Assembly: GCA_964462205.1 (NCBI GenBank)
Contig: CAYWWW010000007.1
Span: 28,149-92,148, forward strand
Source of the DNA: an uncultured Cardiobacteriales bacterium
GTDB lineage: Bacteria; Pseudomonadota; Gammaproteobacteria; CAYWWW01
Reading direction: 5' to 3'
Length of the DNA: 64,000 nt
Positions within the stretch are counted from its first letter, which is position 1. Every line of letters begins with the position of its first letter. Positions 10,411 through 21,224 of this stretch are shown in pieces. The position numbers were made by a program, and so were the translations under genes. Under the pieces are notes generated by a model. It was not told the DNA's origin. It searched no databases and saw only the letters and a program-made list of their open reading frames with translations.

Positions 10411-11166
10411 TCACTTTGGCGCACTTTCATTCACCGCACGCACCCGTTCCACCCGTTGCGCTGCCTCGCTTAAACCTAATTTTTCATAACTTTGTGCCAA
10501 AATGGCCAGCGCTTCGAGAGTTGCTGGCGCTTCGGGATAGCGTTCCAACAAAAATTGCGCACGGTTGACAGCGGCGACAAAGGCTTGACGTTCAAAATAA
10601 TATTTGGCGGTCAATAATTCGTGTTCGGCCAGAGCATTGCGTAAATACACCAGCCGTTGCGCGGCATCAGGCGCGTAGCGACTGTCGGGAAACTCTTCGA
10701 CAATGCGTGTAAAAGCATTAAAACCTATCAAAATAAAACTCGTGTCGTGTTGCGCGGGATTTTTGGGAAACAGATTGCCAACAATGCCGCGCTTAAAACT
10801 CGTATTGATCAAGCCCTTCATATACAACGCATAATCCAGCGCCGGACCATTGGGATGCTCGCGCATATAGCGATCCAATACCGCTTCGGCTTCTTCGTAA
10901 TTGCCAAATTTATAATGCGCGTAGGCCATGTCCAAACGGCCTTGTTTGGCATAATTACCAAAGGGGTAACGTGCTTCGAGTTTTTGCAATAATTCCACGG
11001 CTTCTTCAAATTCATTGCGCGACAAGGCATTTTTGGCTTGGCCGAAAATCTCAGTTTCGCTTAAACCGGCGGTCGGGTCGGCTTTTTTGCCGCCAAAACA
11101 ACCGCTATTCACCAATATGATGCTTAACAAGAAAAAAGGAAGTAAATGTCTGAAGAATTTGAACAT
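10411..11166 (-). CDS. bamD: Outer membrane protein assembly factor BamD
   Basis: Lipobox NSGC, TPR helices, YPFGNYA and FPDSRYAPDA; divergent from rluD as is typical. Confidence 0.95.
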   Translation of the reverse strand: MFKFFRHLLPFFLLSIILVNSGCFGGKKADPTAGLSETEIFGQAKNALSRNEFEEAVELLQKLEARYPFGNYAKQGRLDMAYAHYKFGNYEEAEAVLDRYMREHPNGPALDYALYMKGLINTSFKRGIVGNLFPKNPAQHDTSFILIGFNAFTRIVEEFPDSRYAPDAAQRLVYLRNALAEHELLTAKYYFERQAFVAAVNRAQFLLERYPEAPATLEALAILAQSYEKLGLSEAAQRVERVRAVNESAPK

Positions 11167-12168
11167 TTTGAATATGCTAAGTTAGATGAAAAGGACACTG
11201 CCGCTACTATAGAGGAAAATCGCTATGCACAGAACTGTGCTTTTCCCGAAAGTCTGCGCGGCCTGCGTTTGGATCAGGCGCTCTCGGCCTTGCTGCCCGA
11301 ATATTCACGCAGTCAATTGCAAAAATGGCTGAAAGATGGCCAGTTACAACTTTTTGATGCCGAAGGTCAGGCGATTGCGCCCAAAGCCAACAGCAAAGAC
11401 CATGCTGTTGCCTTTTTTTCCTTGCAGTTGGCGGCGGTCGCCGCGTTAAGGGATCAAGGACAAGATTTGCCCTTGACCATTATTTATGAAGATAACGAAC
11501 TGTTAATTATTGATAAACCTGCTGGTTTAACCGTGCATCCCGGTGCCGGACAAGCCGCTGGGACGCTTTTGAATGCCTTGTTATTTCATCGTCCGGCGCT
11601 GGCCGAATTGCCACGCGCCGGTCTGGTGCATCGTTTGGATAAAGATACCAGCGGCCTTCTGATGGTGGCGAAAACGCCAGCGGCACAAACGTCCTTGACG
11701 CGGCAACTGCAAGAACATAGTGCGCAAAGACAGTATTTTGCCTTGGTGCAAGGCGAGATGAGCGGCGGCGGGACAATAGACAAAGCCATTGGCCGCCATC
11801 CACGGGATCGCTTGAAGCAGGCAGTGCGCGAGGATGGCCGCGAGGCGATCACCCATTACCGTTTAGTCGAGCGATTTCCAGGGCTTACCGCCTTACAAGT
11901 GCAGTTGGAAACCGGACGAACGCATCAAATTCGCGTGCATCTGGCAAGCATTCATCAGCCGCTTGTCGGCGATCCTCTGTATGGCGCGCCGTTGCGTGGC
12001 CAGTGGCCTTTTGACTATCGGCAAACAATTCAAAGTTTTCCGCGGCAAGCGCTCCATGCCTCGGCTTTGACTTTGGCGCATCCCGATACCGGCATCATGA
12101 TGACTTTCCAAAGTCCACTGCCGAAAGATATCAACGAGTTACTTGATTTTTTGCGGCATTATCGCTGA
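11146..12168 (+). CDS. rluD: 23S rRNA pseudouridine synthase RluD
   Basis: S4 domain, HRLDKDTSG, LETGRTHQIRVH, RQALHA. Confidence 0.95.
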   Translation: MSEEFEHFEYAKLDEKDTAATIEENRYAQNCAFPESLRGLRLDQALSALLPEYSRSQLQKWLKDGQLQLFDAEGQAIAPKANSKDHAVAFFSLQLAAVAALRDQGQDLPLTIIYEDNELLIIDKPAGLTVHPGAGQAAGTLLNALLFHRPALAELPRAGLVHRLDKDTSGLLMVAKTPAAQTSLTRQLQEHSAQRQYFALVQGEMSGGGTIDKAIGRHPRDRLKQAVREDGREAITHYRLVERFPGLTALQVQLETGRTHQIRVHLASIHQPLVGDPLYGAPLRGQWPFDYRQTIQSFPRQALHASALTLAHPDTGIMMTFQSPLPKDINELLDFLRHYR

Positions 12169-12264
12169 GGCTTATGCCTCTGCCTTGTTGAGAGAAGTAG
12201 GTTTTGGTTTTTTAACTGAAGCGTTAATAATCTAAGACATTATTAACGAAAATGACGTTTTGTG

Positions 12265-14468
12265 TTAATGGCAAAAAGCGTCATTGCCATTCACTCTTGT
12301 TATTTTTTTACCGCAAATTCTGATTCCATATAGATGTAACAATGATGATTTTATTGCTTCGTAATGTTCAGAAATTCCGAATGCTTCAAAAAGAACTTTT
12401 TCAAAATTCACTCTATCTGCTTGTTGCACTTCTTGTTCTAAAGGCAACCTATTTCTATTTGTCAGTGGTTGAAAAGCACTGATTATATTTTGTTTTTGTT
12501 CTTCTGATAAAAGTTCTAAATTTAATAGTTTAAAATCACGTTCAAATTTTGTAGCTCTCAAATCAAGTGCTCCTAAACCTCTACCAAAGCCAAAACTTTC
12601 AATGAAAAACATACTTAAAACGCTATTCAATAAGGCAAGCAATAAAATTCTGTTTTCATTTTGGTAATCTTCTTTAAGTGAGAGACCAATCATTCTTTGG
12701 TCAATGAATGAACGATTTGCAAAGGTTGCAATAAATAAACTTCTATCGTAATTCACGTTTGCGACAAAGTCAGCCATATTTTCGGTTTTCATTTCATACC
12801 AAAACATATTTGCTTTACGCAAAGACTGAGGAAGCGGAACGCCTGTTTCGTTGTTTTGATTTTCAAAACTTCTAATCCATTGCAAAGCACCTATTACAGT
12901 TAATTAATTTTTCTGAAACTTCCGCAAGCCAATTAAGATTTGCAAAGTAACCGCACCAAGGGACACCAATGGTTTCAAAATTAGCTATCTCATTGACTGA
13001 ATAATTCTGAACAGCTACAAATTGATTATTAGATTTCAATAAAATATTTTCGCTTAATTGTTTAATGTCAGGGATTTCATTAATGCTCTCTTTTAGGGTG
13101 CAAAATGAAATGGTTCTGTTTTGGTTTATTTGAGTATCTGGATTTCGCTTTTTTGCAATCAAAAAAGTAGTTACTACATTTGCATTGTCAAACCATTTTC
13201 CTTTTCCTGAAATCACGACAGTCTCAATGTCATAGAATTTTTGAATAAGCTCTAAGAAAATCTCACCGTAATCAGTTCCTAACCAAGCATTAGAAAGTAT
13301 CAGCCCAATTTTTCCGTTTTCAGAAAGCAATTGATGTAAATAAAATGGTATATAAGCGAAAATATCGCTTTTGCCACTTAATGATTTTATGGTGTCGGCT
13401 TCTTCTTGTATGAAATTGTTTATTTCAGTTATGTTCGAGTTTAAGACTTCAATTTCTTTACTTTTGATGAATGGTAAGTTTGAAATAACATAATCAATAG
13501 CAGGAAAAGGTTTTACAATATCGTTTCCATTATTCGGGTCTTTGAAAGTTACATTCTGCCCTGTTTCTAATTCAATCACATCCTTTCTAAAGATGTTTAA
13601 CACTATTATCACTGAAAATGTTCCAAAAATTGTAATGCTCGGATATTGATGCAATTATTCCCTTTGCTTGTTCAATCGAAGTTCCATTGTTTATTGATTC
13701 TATTGCTCTTGCTTCATTAAAATGCCTTTTCAGAACATTAGCGAAGATGATTTTAAAAACCCAATCGGTTAAAATTACCTTGGATAGAGTTGGTAGTTTA
13801 TTTGAAGCGTCTTGCGTTGCTGTAGGGTTGTAGCCATATTCAGTTGCTGAGGATAACCACCATTGGTTTATTTCGGCTTCAAGTCTTGAATTTCTCCTAA
13901 AATTTGCCCGTATATTTTCTGCTGTTGAGGATATATTTTCGAGTATAACATCAATGATTGCATCCACAGCTAAAATTTCTGTAGAAACATCATCTGAAAT
14001 TTCTCCTGATTCAAAATAGCTGTTTAAGTCCACTAGTATTGTATGGAGTAGAGATTTCCAAAGAACTTCTTTGGGTTTTACCTCTGTTCTTTTGTTGATG
14101 TCGATATCATTCCAAGTTTTCAAAATAGAGAATGAATCTCCTTGTTTAGAGTAAAGAACGGCACTTTTTACATTCCATAGAACAAAGCTGTTTCTTTGTA
14201 AAATTTTGGCTTTTTTGATTGCATTGCTAATTAACTCAGCATCATTAATTCCTGTGTCAGGCATTTTCAACTCCCAACCTTGCAAAATGATATTTCGTGT
14301 TTGGTCTTTGAAAATTAACACATCAGGAAATAGACTTGACTTCTCGTTGCTTATGGTGCTTTCTCCACCTGCACTTTTAAAGTGCCAACTTCTATTTGCA
14401 AGATACAAGTTGATTTCACTTATTACGTCTATTGCCCAGCTTCTTTCGTTATAGGTAATTCTTGCCAT
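12265..14468 (-). pseudogene. Degraded type IIG-like restriction-modification fusion gene (three out-of-frame pieces)
   Basis: N-terminal FPDV..WELK nuclease-like motif (13587-14468); motif IV-like SNLPF and SGKSDIFAY (12872-13654); C-terminal piece (12265-12885); no SAM-binding motif I seen; visibly AT-rich. Confidence 0.75.
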
Positions 14469-14486
14469 TTGCTCACCTTTGTTTTT

Positions 14487-15329
14487 TTAATGATCAGCAA
14501 AATTTGTAAAAAGATTTAACTCTGGCTGTTCATTCTTCATTTTTTGCTTTGTTTCTTCTATCCTTTCATTACAAATTTTTATGTAGTCCGTTGGTTGTAC
14601 TTTATGTAATACCACTGCCTCATTTTTTTCTATACCTATAAAATGTCTATTTTCCAATATTGCTGACAAGAGAAAACTTCCGCTACCACAGGCATTGTCC
14701 AATACTAAGTCTCCTGGGTTTGTAAAAGTTCTAATAAGGTATCTTCCTAATTCAATAGGCTTTTGTGTTGGATGATAAACCTTTCCTTCGCTTTCGGCAG
14801 TTTTTACATAGAGATAGTCATCGACACTTTCGCCTTCATAAAAAACGACATCATTGGGATATCTTTCACCACTGCTTTTTATATGCTTTGGCTTGAAATC
14901 GCCATAGCTACCCGTGAATTGATCTTTTCGTATTCCCTTGTCATAGGCATCCCCGCTTGTCATTTGTGGGTTGTATATAGGTTGTTTTTTGTAAAAAACA
15001 CAGATATCTTCATGCTTACGGAGCGGTTGTTTTTTTGCATTTAAGAAATTTGTGGGTTTTGATTTTATCCAAATTATCTTGTACTTAAGCAGTTTTTCGT
15101 TGCTTAATATTAGCTTTGCCGTAAATAATCCTTGTGCTGTTAAAACAATTGCGCCATTTTCTTTTATAATTCTTTCATAAAGTGCCCACAGTTTTTCTAA
15201 ATCAATAACAGAGTCCCATTTATTTTGTGTTGTCCCATAAGGTAAATCGCAAAGAATCATATCTATAGAAGCATCTGGGATATTTTTCATAATCTCTAGG
15301 CAGTCGCCTTCAATAACTGTATCTATCAT
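14487..15329 (-). CDS. DNA N4/N6 methyltransferase, beta class
   Basis: EGDCLE, CDLPYG (motif IV), HPTQKP, LDNACGSGS (motif I); start placed at MIDTV. Confidence 0.92.
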   Translation of the reverse strand: MIDTVIEGDCLEIMKNIPDASIDMILCDLPYGTTQNKWDSVIDLEKLWALYERIIKENGAIVLTAQGLFTAKLILSNEKLLKYKIIWIKSKPTNFLNAKKQPLRKHEDICVFYKKQPIYNPQMTSGDAYDKGIRKDQFTGSYGDFKPKHIKSSGERYPNDVVFYEGESVDDYLYVKTAESEGKVYHPTQKPIELGRYLIRTFTNPGDLVLDNACGSGSFLLSAILENRHFIGIEKNEAVVLHKVQPTDYIKICNERIEETKQKMKNEQPELNLFTNFADH

Positions 15330-15446
15330 TTTGTTATACCTAATTTTTTTTTCGTCAGTGTTATGGACATTGTGAAATATAAAGTACCATACCATTATAA
15401 CTTCTTGTTTTGCTCTAGCTCTGTTAAAAAATTGTTTTTATTTAAC

Positions 15447-16157
15447 TTAAACCTTCCCATGTCCCCGCTGCCAGCGTTCATAAAATAAGCGATTTTCGGC
15501 AATCCCGCCTTTGGGTAAACCTTCTACCAGCATTTCGACAAATGGCAGCGGGCCGCAGACATAAATTGCGCTGTTTGCCATTTGTTTTTCCTGAAGTTTT
15601 TCTTGCGCTATCGTCAAGGTTAAGCGTTCCCCCCGTTGACTCCAAAAAGGATAAAGCTGCCAATTTTTGTCAAGGCATAGGCTTTGTATTTCCGACCAAA
15701 AAGGTGCTGCTTCTGGCGCGGGTTGACTGTAGAAAATCTGTACTTGTTTGTGCAGCTCTTGTTTTGCCAAAGCACGCAGCATGGCGATGATGGGCGTCAC
15801 CCCAATGCCGGCAGCAAAAAAGCTATGTTTGTCATTATCTTGTAAAACAAAATTGCCTTGCGCTGGCGAAAGCAAAACCATATCACCTTGATGAAGTTGT
15901 TGATGAAGATAGCGGGTGGCTGGATGATTGGTTGCTTTTTTGACCGCTATTTCTAAAAATCCTTGATTATTTTCAAGATTGATTAAGGTATAACCGCCAA
16001 TCAAGGCTTGATTCTTGGGATTTGGCCAGAGGTCAAGCCATTGGCCAGGTTTTTGCGGATAATGTGACGCTGTATGTTGAAAAGTAAACTTTTTTATCGT
16101 TTCAGTTAAATCGTCAATGGCGATGACTTTAGCCGCAATTTGTTGGGGGATAAGCAT
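15447..16157 (-). CDS. FAD/NAD(P)-binding oxidoreductase (ferredoxin reductase-like)
   Basis: PGQW, AGIGVTP, YVCGP and terminal FYE motifs. Confidence 0.85.
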   Translation of the reverse strand: MLIPQQIAAKVIAIDDLTETIKKFTFQHTASHYPQKPGQWLDLWPNPKNQALIGGYTLINLENNQGFLEIAVKKATNHPATRYLHQQLHQGDMVLLSPAQGNFVLQDNDKHSFFAAGIGVTPIIAMLRALAKQELHKQVQIFYSQPAPEAAPFWSEIQSLCLDKNWQLYPFWSQRGERLTLTIAQEKLQEKQMANSAIYVCGPLPFVEMLVEGLPKGGIAENRLFYERWQRGHGKV

Positions 16158-16270
16158 AAGAAACCTCAAGGGAAAAATGATTCTATCGCTAAGGAAAGCC
16201 AGTTATAGTAGCGCTTTAGTTTAATGCCAAAGTTTGGCTTTGGTGTCTTTGATTTTTTTAAGGAATTGCA

Positions 16271-17137
16271 ATGCAAAAAATAGCTGACTTGCCTTTTGTT
16301 CATGATTGTTCTTCAGAGGATTTATTGTATTTACAGCAAGTTGCTGCCGAAGATTGTCAGTTAGAAATCAGTTTTCACGATACTTTGAAAAGCGGTGGCC
16401 AGGGGCCGGAATTGGCAGTCATCCCGCCGGGTCGTTTTTTAATGGGCGCAGCACCGGCGGAATATGCGGCGCATCCCAATGAATATCCACAACATTATCA
16501 AAAAGTCGAACGGCCTTTTGCCTTGGGACGTTATTTAATTACTGCCGCAGAGTTTGCACGTTATCAACAGGCGACGGGTTTTGTTTTTTCGCAAGAATTA
16601 TTAACCACTTCCGACGCTGAGCCGGTGGTCAATCTGCGTTTTCAGCAGGTTCAGGATTATTTAACTTGGTTGAGCGCCGAAACCGGTCAGCGCTATCGTT
16701 TGGCTACGGAAGTGGAATGGGAATATGCGGCGCGTGCCGGCACGACCACGCCGTATTATTTTGGCGAAACCGTGACTTGCAAAGATGTTCATGCCAATCC
16801 ACGGCGGGAATTAAATGACGGTTCGCGCATTCTCGGGCCGACCTGTCTGCGTTATCCCCGTGCCATTGCCGTGGGTTGTTTTGCGTATAATCTCTGGGGC
16901 TTGTACGATATGCACGGCAATGTTTGGGAGTTTACGCAAAGTCCGTGGCGGGCAAATTACACCGAACTTTTGCCAGAAAATCGGCCTTTAATCGAGCAAA
17001 GTCTGTGGGTTACGGTGCGTGGCGGTTCGTGGTTTGAACCTTTGACCAGGGCGCGAAGCGCGGCGCGGAGCAAAAGGCTTTGGGATGAGTTGGATGTGAA
17101 TTTAGGCTTTCGGGTACTGCGCGAGCTTTCTTTGTAA
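16271..17137 (+). CDS. Formylglycine-generating enzyme (FGE/SUMF1) family domain protein
   Basis: GRFLMG, RLATEVEWEYAARAG, NLWGLYDMHGNVWE, RGGSW, LGFRV; the catalytic Cys pair of true FGE is not evident. Confidence 0.88.
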   Translation: MQKIADLPFVHDCSSEDLLYLQQVAAEDCQLEISFHDTLKSGGQGPELAVIPPGRFLMGAAPAEYAAHPNEYPQHYQKVERPFALGRYLITAAEFARYQQATGFVFSQELLTTSDAEPVVNLRFQQVQDYLTWLSAETGQRYRLATEVEWEYAARAGTTTPYYFGETVTCKDVHANPRRELNDGSRILGPTCLRYPRAIAVGCFAYNLWGLYDMHGNVWEFTQSPWRANYTELLPENRPLIEQSLWVTVRGGSWFEPLTRARSAARSKRLWDELDVNLGFRVLRELSL

Positions 17138-17191
17138 TTCATTAGTAAAATTAAAAGGTTAGAAAAAAGTTTAGAAAAAATCGGGGGCGTT

Positions 17192-17695
17192 GTGCGAACG
17201 GGACTGCTGCTGCTTTGTGGGTTGTGCGGGCTGCTGCTCTGGGGCTGTCAGGCGGCGAAACCGCTGGCCTTTGAAACGACCATGTTGGCCTATCTTTATG
17301 ATTTACAAAAAGGTCAGCGCTTGCGTTGGGTGGAGGCAACTATGGTTGCGCCCAATGTGCGTGATCTGCGTTTCCAGGGCGGAAAATTGGCTGCACCAAC
17401 GGAGGATTTAACCTTGTGGTATCCCCTTTGCGCCTTGCGTTTGTCTTCCCCAGGTGGGGAGCGTCTGCTGCCGTCCACTACCTTGCGGATTGCGCGGGTG
17501 GAACGACAAGCCTTGCCAATTACTGCGACGGTGACGTCAAAAATCACGGAAATTTATTTTGAAGACAATACCTTATTTGAAAAATTACATTGTGAAGTTT
17601 GGCATCATGTGGCAGACCCCAGCCGTCAGGCCGATTTTGTCAAAGTGCCCGAATTAGCGGCAACAACCGGAGGTAAACTTGTCTTTCAGCGTTGA
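17192..17695 (+). CDS. Hypothetical lipoprotein
   Basis: Hydrophobic leader ending LLWG-C; overlaps the ABC ATPase gene. Confidence 0.6.
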   Translation: MRTGLLLLCGLCGLLLWGCQAAKPLAFETTMLAYLYDLQKGQRLRWVEATMVAPNVRDLRFQGGKLAAPTEDLTLWYPLCALRLSSPGGERLLPSTTLRIARVERQALPITATVTSKITEIYFEDNTLFEKLHCEVWHHVADPSRQADFVKVPELAATTGGKLVFQR

Positions 17696-18611
17696 TTGTA
17701 TTGTTGAAAGTCGTGGCTTGACTAAGCACTTGGCCGGAAAAACTTTGGTTGCGGATTTGGATTTTTGTCTGCGTCCTGGACAATTTTTCGGCATTTTGGG
17801 TCCCAATGGTGCCGGTAAAACCACGACCTTGCGGATGTTGATGGGACAGTCGCCAAAAACCGCTGGCAGTTTGCAGATTTTTGGTTTGCCGATGCCGGAA
17901 AAAGGTCGAGAGATTCGCAAGCGACTCGGTTTGGTGCCGCAGATGGATAACCTCGACCCCGATTTTACCGTGCGGCAAAATTTGCAGATGTTTGGCCATT
18001 ATTTTGCCATTCCGAAAAAAATTTTAGCTAATCGTATCAATGAATTATTGGCTTTTGTTGAACTGGAAAAACAAGCCGAACAAAAAATTATGACGCTCTC
18101 CGGCGGTATGAAACGGCGCTTGACTATTGCCCGCGCACTCATCAATGACCCGGATTTAATCATTCTCGACGAGCCGACCACCGGCCTTGATCCACAGGTG
18201 CGGCATTTATTGTGGTCGCGGCTGCGGCTCTTGAAAAAACAAGGCAAAACCATTCTGCTGACCACGCACTATATGGATGAGGCCGAAAGGCTGTGTGAAA
18301 ATATTTTGTTGATGGATCATGGCCGTAAATTGTTGGAAGGTTCACCTCGGCAGATCATTCAAAAAAATTTACCAGCGATGGTGTTAGAAGTGGAGGCAAC
18401 GCTTGAACAACTGCAAAAGCGACTGCCGCAAGCCTTGTGGTCAGCGGTGCAGGTGGAAGCCTTACCCGAACGCTGTTTTATTTATGCCAATGATGTCAAA
18501 CCCTTGACGCAGGCTTTGGAGGAATTGCCAGAAACAGTGGTGTTTCAGCATCGGCCTGCCAATTTAGAAGACGTTTTTTTGAAATTGACCGGTCGGGATT
18601 TACGCACATGA
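17679..18611 (+). CDS. ABC-2 exporter ATP-binding subunit (NodI family)
   Basis: GPNGAGKTT, LSGGMKRR, LDEPTTGLD, LEDVFLKLTGR; exact start uncertain. Confidence 0.92.
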   Translation: MSFSVDCIVESRGLTKHLAGKTLVADLDFCLRPGQFFGILGPNGAGKTTTLRMLMGQSPKTAGSLQIFGLPMPEKGREIRKRLGLVPQMDNLDPDFTVRQNLQMFGHYFAIPKKILANRINELLAFVELEKQAEQKIMTLSGGMKRRLTIARALINDPDLIILDEPTTGLDPQVRHLLWSRLRLLKKQGKTILLTTHYMDEAERLCENILLMDHGRKLLEGSPRQIIQKNLPAMVLEVEATLEQLQKRLPQALWSAVQVEALPERCFIYANDVKPLTQALEELPETVVFQHRPANLEDVFLKLTGRDLRT

Positions 18612-19456
18612 AGCCACGCCTTTCGTTTTTTTCCTTTCTGTCTGTTTTTTCCTTTTTTTCACAAGCGAATCATCATTGGCGCTGGCCGCAGTTGCGTTTG
18701 CAGGCGGCGTTGCGGGTGGTCTATCGCAATTTTTTGGTCTGGCAGCGCTTGATGGGTGCGTCCTTGGCCTTAAATTTTGGTCAGCCCTTGTTATATCTTT
18801 TAGGTATCGGTATTGGCTTGGGTTTTTTTGTCGGTGACATGGGCGGTTTGCCGTATTTGACCTTTTTGGCAACAGGTTTGGCCGCGTCGGCGGCGATGAA
18901 CACTAGCTCTTTTGAAGGCATGTATTCGTCGTTTTCGCGGATGATTCCCCAGCGCACCTTTGAGGCGATTTTAGCCACCCCGTTGGATTTAGATGACATT
19001 ATTTTGGCGGAGTGGCTCTGGGCGGCCTTCAAAGGTACCTTTGCCGGCTTGGCTATTGTTTTGGTGGCGTTTTTTCTAGGTGCTATTACACCGAGTTTTT
19101 GGGCTTGGTTATTGTTGATCCCGCTCCTTTTTTTAATCAGTTTGGCTTTTGCCGGTTTTGCCTTGCTGATGTCGGCATTGGCGGCCAATTATGATTTTTT
19201 TGAATATTATTTTACTTTGGTGATCACGCCTTCGCTTTTGATTTGTGGTGTGTTTTATCCGATTGCGACCCTGCCGGATTGGTTGGAGCCTTGGGTATTT
19301 TGGCTGCCTTTAACCCAAGCTATCGAACTGTTGCGGCCTTTACTCATTGGGATGCCGTGGGAAAATTTTTGGTTATCTTTGAGTGTCTTAGTCGGCTTTG
19401 CCTGGCTTGGTTTTTATCTAGCGGTCGTTTTTACCCGTAAACGCTTGGTTTTTTAA
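18608..19456 (+). CDS. ABC-2 exporter permease (NodJ family)
   Basis: About six TM helices; AMNTSSFEGMY, PLTQAIELLRP. Confidence 0.9.
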   Translation: MKPRLSFFSFLSVFSFFSQANHHWRWPQLRLQAALRVVYRNFLVWQRLMGASLALNFGQPLLYLLGIGIGLGFFVGDMGGLPYLTFLATGLAASAAMNTSSFEGMYSSFSRMIPQRTFEAILATPLDLDDIILAEWLWAAFKGTFAGLAIVLVAFFLGAITPSFWAWLLLIPLLFLISLAFAGFALLMSALAANYDFFEYYFTLVITPSLLICGVFYPIATLPDWLEPWVFWLPLTQAIELLRPLLIGMPWENFWLSLSVLVGFAWLGFYLAVVFTRKRLVF

Positions 19457-19459
19457 GCG

Positions 19460-19495
19460 CTGAAAGTCTGAAAAAGACAGTCTTTCAGGCTTTTT
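19460..19495 (+). terminator. Probable intrinsic terminator
   Basis: CTGAAAG...CTTTCAG inverted repeat followed by a T-run. Confidence 0.45.
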
Positions 19496-19583
19496 GAATA
19501 TTTTGAAATAAATTGACAAAAACATAAGCCAAAAATTTGTTTTATAAATAAAATATATCGGTCAGTGTGACGATTTCTTTATC

Positions 19584-19611
19584 TTGCACTGGCGAAGTGC
19601 CAGAGTATAAT
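19584..19611 (+). promoter_or_regulatory. Candidate sigma70 promoter of the cco operon
   Basis: TTGCAC-N16-TATAAT, with a CTGGC-N5-GCCAG palindrome in the spacer. Confidence 0.5.
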
Positions 19612-19703
19612 CGGCACTGACTTTTTGTATCTCTGATAGAGAGTCAGTCTTTCCGCCGTATCCTACGGTTTCCTTTAAGATATTTTTTTTGAGGTATCTT
19701 CCT

Positions 19704-21200
19704 ATGTCTCAAGCAACGCCTGCGGTCGTTTTGCCAGCGCATAGCGCGGCTGGTAGTCGTGTTCAATGTTATTCGGACACTTACAACTACGACATCGTGA
19801 AAAAATTTGCCATTGCCACCGTCATTTGGGGCATTTTGGGCATGTTGGCCGGTGTCTGGATTGCCAGTCAATTGGCCTGGCCGTTCCTGAATTTCGATAT
19901 TCCTGAGCTGACTTTTGGTCGCTTGCGTCCAGTACACACCACCTTGGTGATTTTTGGTTTTGGCGGTAGCGCTTTGTTTGCGACTTCCTATTACATCGTG
20001 CAGCGCACCTGTCAGACCCGTTTGTTTAATGATGGTTTGGCTAATTTTACCTTCTGGGGTTGGCAAGCGGCTTTAGTATTAGGTGTTATCAGTTATATGG
20101 CCGGTTTTAGTCAAAGCCGCGAATATGCAGAGTTTCCTTGGCCGGTGGATTTATTGATTGCCGTCGTTTGGGTGACCTATTTCTTTGTCTTTTTCAGCAC
20201 TTTGATCCGTCGTACCCAACCACACATTTATGTCGCTAACTGGTTCTTTATGGCCTTTATTTTAGCGACAGCGCTTTTGCATATTTTCAATAATTTACAA
20301 ATGCCTATCGCTTTGTTCAGTATGGAGTCGTACAGCCTCTTTTCTGGTGTACAAGATGCCATGACCCAATGGTGGTATGGCCATAACGCCGTGGGCTTTT
20401 TCTTGACCGCCGCCTTTTTGGGCATGATGTATTACTTTGTGCCTAAACAAGCCGGTCGGCCGGTCTATTCGTATCGTTTATCTATCGTGCATTTTTGGGC
20501 GTTGGTGTTTTTGTATATGTGGGTGGGCGCTCACCATTTGCATTGGACGGCCTTGCCGGATTGGACTTCTTCTTTGGCGGCGGCGTTTTCGATTTTGCTT
20601 TTGATGCCGTCTTGGGGTGGCATGATCAACGGTATTATGACGCTTTCCGGCGCTTGGCATAAATTACGCACTGATCCTATCATGCTCTTTTTAATCACTT
20701 CTTTGTCGTTTTATGGCATGTCCACTTTTGAAGGCCCCATGATGTCTCTGAAAAGTGTCAATGCCTTATCGCATTACACCGACTGGACGGTAGGCCATGT
20801 GCATTCCGGTGCCTTGGGCTGGGTGGCGATGGTGAGTTTTGGCTCCTTCTATCACATGATTCCGCGGATTTGGAATACCACGATTTACAGCGTGAAATTG
20901 ATCTATGTGCATTTCTTCTTAGCGACTATCGGCATTGTGCTTTATATCACTGCGATGTGGGTGGCCGGTATTGGTCAAGGTTTGATGCTGCGCGCCTTTG
21001 ATGAATATGGCAATTTGGCCTATAGCTTTACCGAATCCGTGGTCTTTTTACACGGTCCATATGTCGTTCGCGCTATCGGTGGCATGTTCTTCTTGGTCGG
21101 CATGTTGCTTTTTGCTTACAACGTGGCGATGACCATTGCTTTGGCCAAACGTCGGGAAGCTGTGGAAGTGCCGGGCAACGTTCAGCCGGTTCAAGCCTAA
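19704..21200 (+). CDS. ccoN: cbb3-type cytochrome c oxidase subunit I
   Basis: [38 protein letters not shown]. Confidence 0.98.
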   Translation: MSQATPAVVLPAHSAAGSRVQCYSDTYNYDIVKKFAIATVIWGILGMLAGVWIASQLAWPFLNFDIPELTFGRLRPVHTTLVIFGFGGSALFATSYYIVQRTCQTRLFNDGLANFTFWGWQAALVLGVISYMAGFSQSREYAEFPWPVDLLIAVVWVTYFFVFFSTLIRRTQPHIYVANWFFMAFILATALLHIFNNLQMPIALFSMESYSLFSGVQDAMTQWWYGHNAVGFFLTAAFLGMMYYFVPKQAGRPVYSYRLSIVHFWALVFLYMWVGAHHLHWTALPDWTSSLAAAFSILLLMPSWGGMINGIMTLSGAWHKLRTDPIMLFLITSLSFYGMSTFEGPMMSLKSVNALSHYTDWTVGHVHSGALGWVAMVSFGSFYHMIPRIWNTTIYSVKLIYVHFFLATIGIVLYITAMWVAGIGQGLMLRAFDEYGNLAYSFTESVVFLHGPYVVRAIGGMFFLVGMLLFAYNVAMTIALAKRREAVEVPGNVQPVQA

Positions 21201-21224
21201 GTTTAGAGAATATAAGGAAAGTTT

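Noticed and set aside
16271-17137. FGE/CLec-fold gene as a diversity-generating retroelement target
   Set aside because: No reverse transcriptase or template repeat in the window, and the C-terminal codons lack the NNY pattern expected of a variable repeat
17679-19456. Nodulation (nodIJ) function
   Set aside because: NodI/NodJ-like ABC-2 exporters are widespread in non-rhizobia, and no nodABC genes are present
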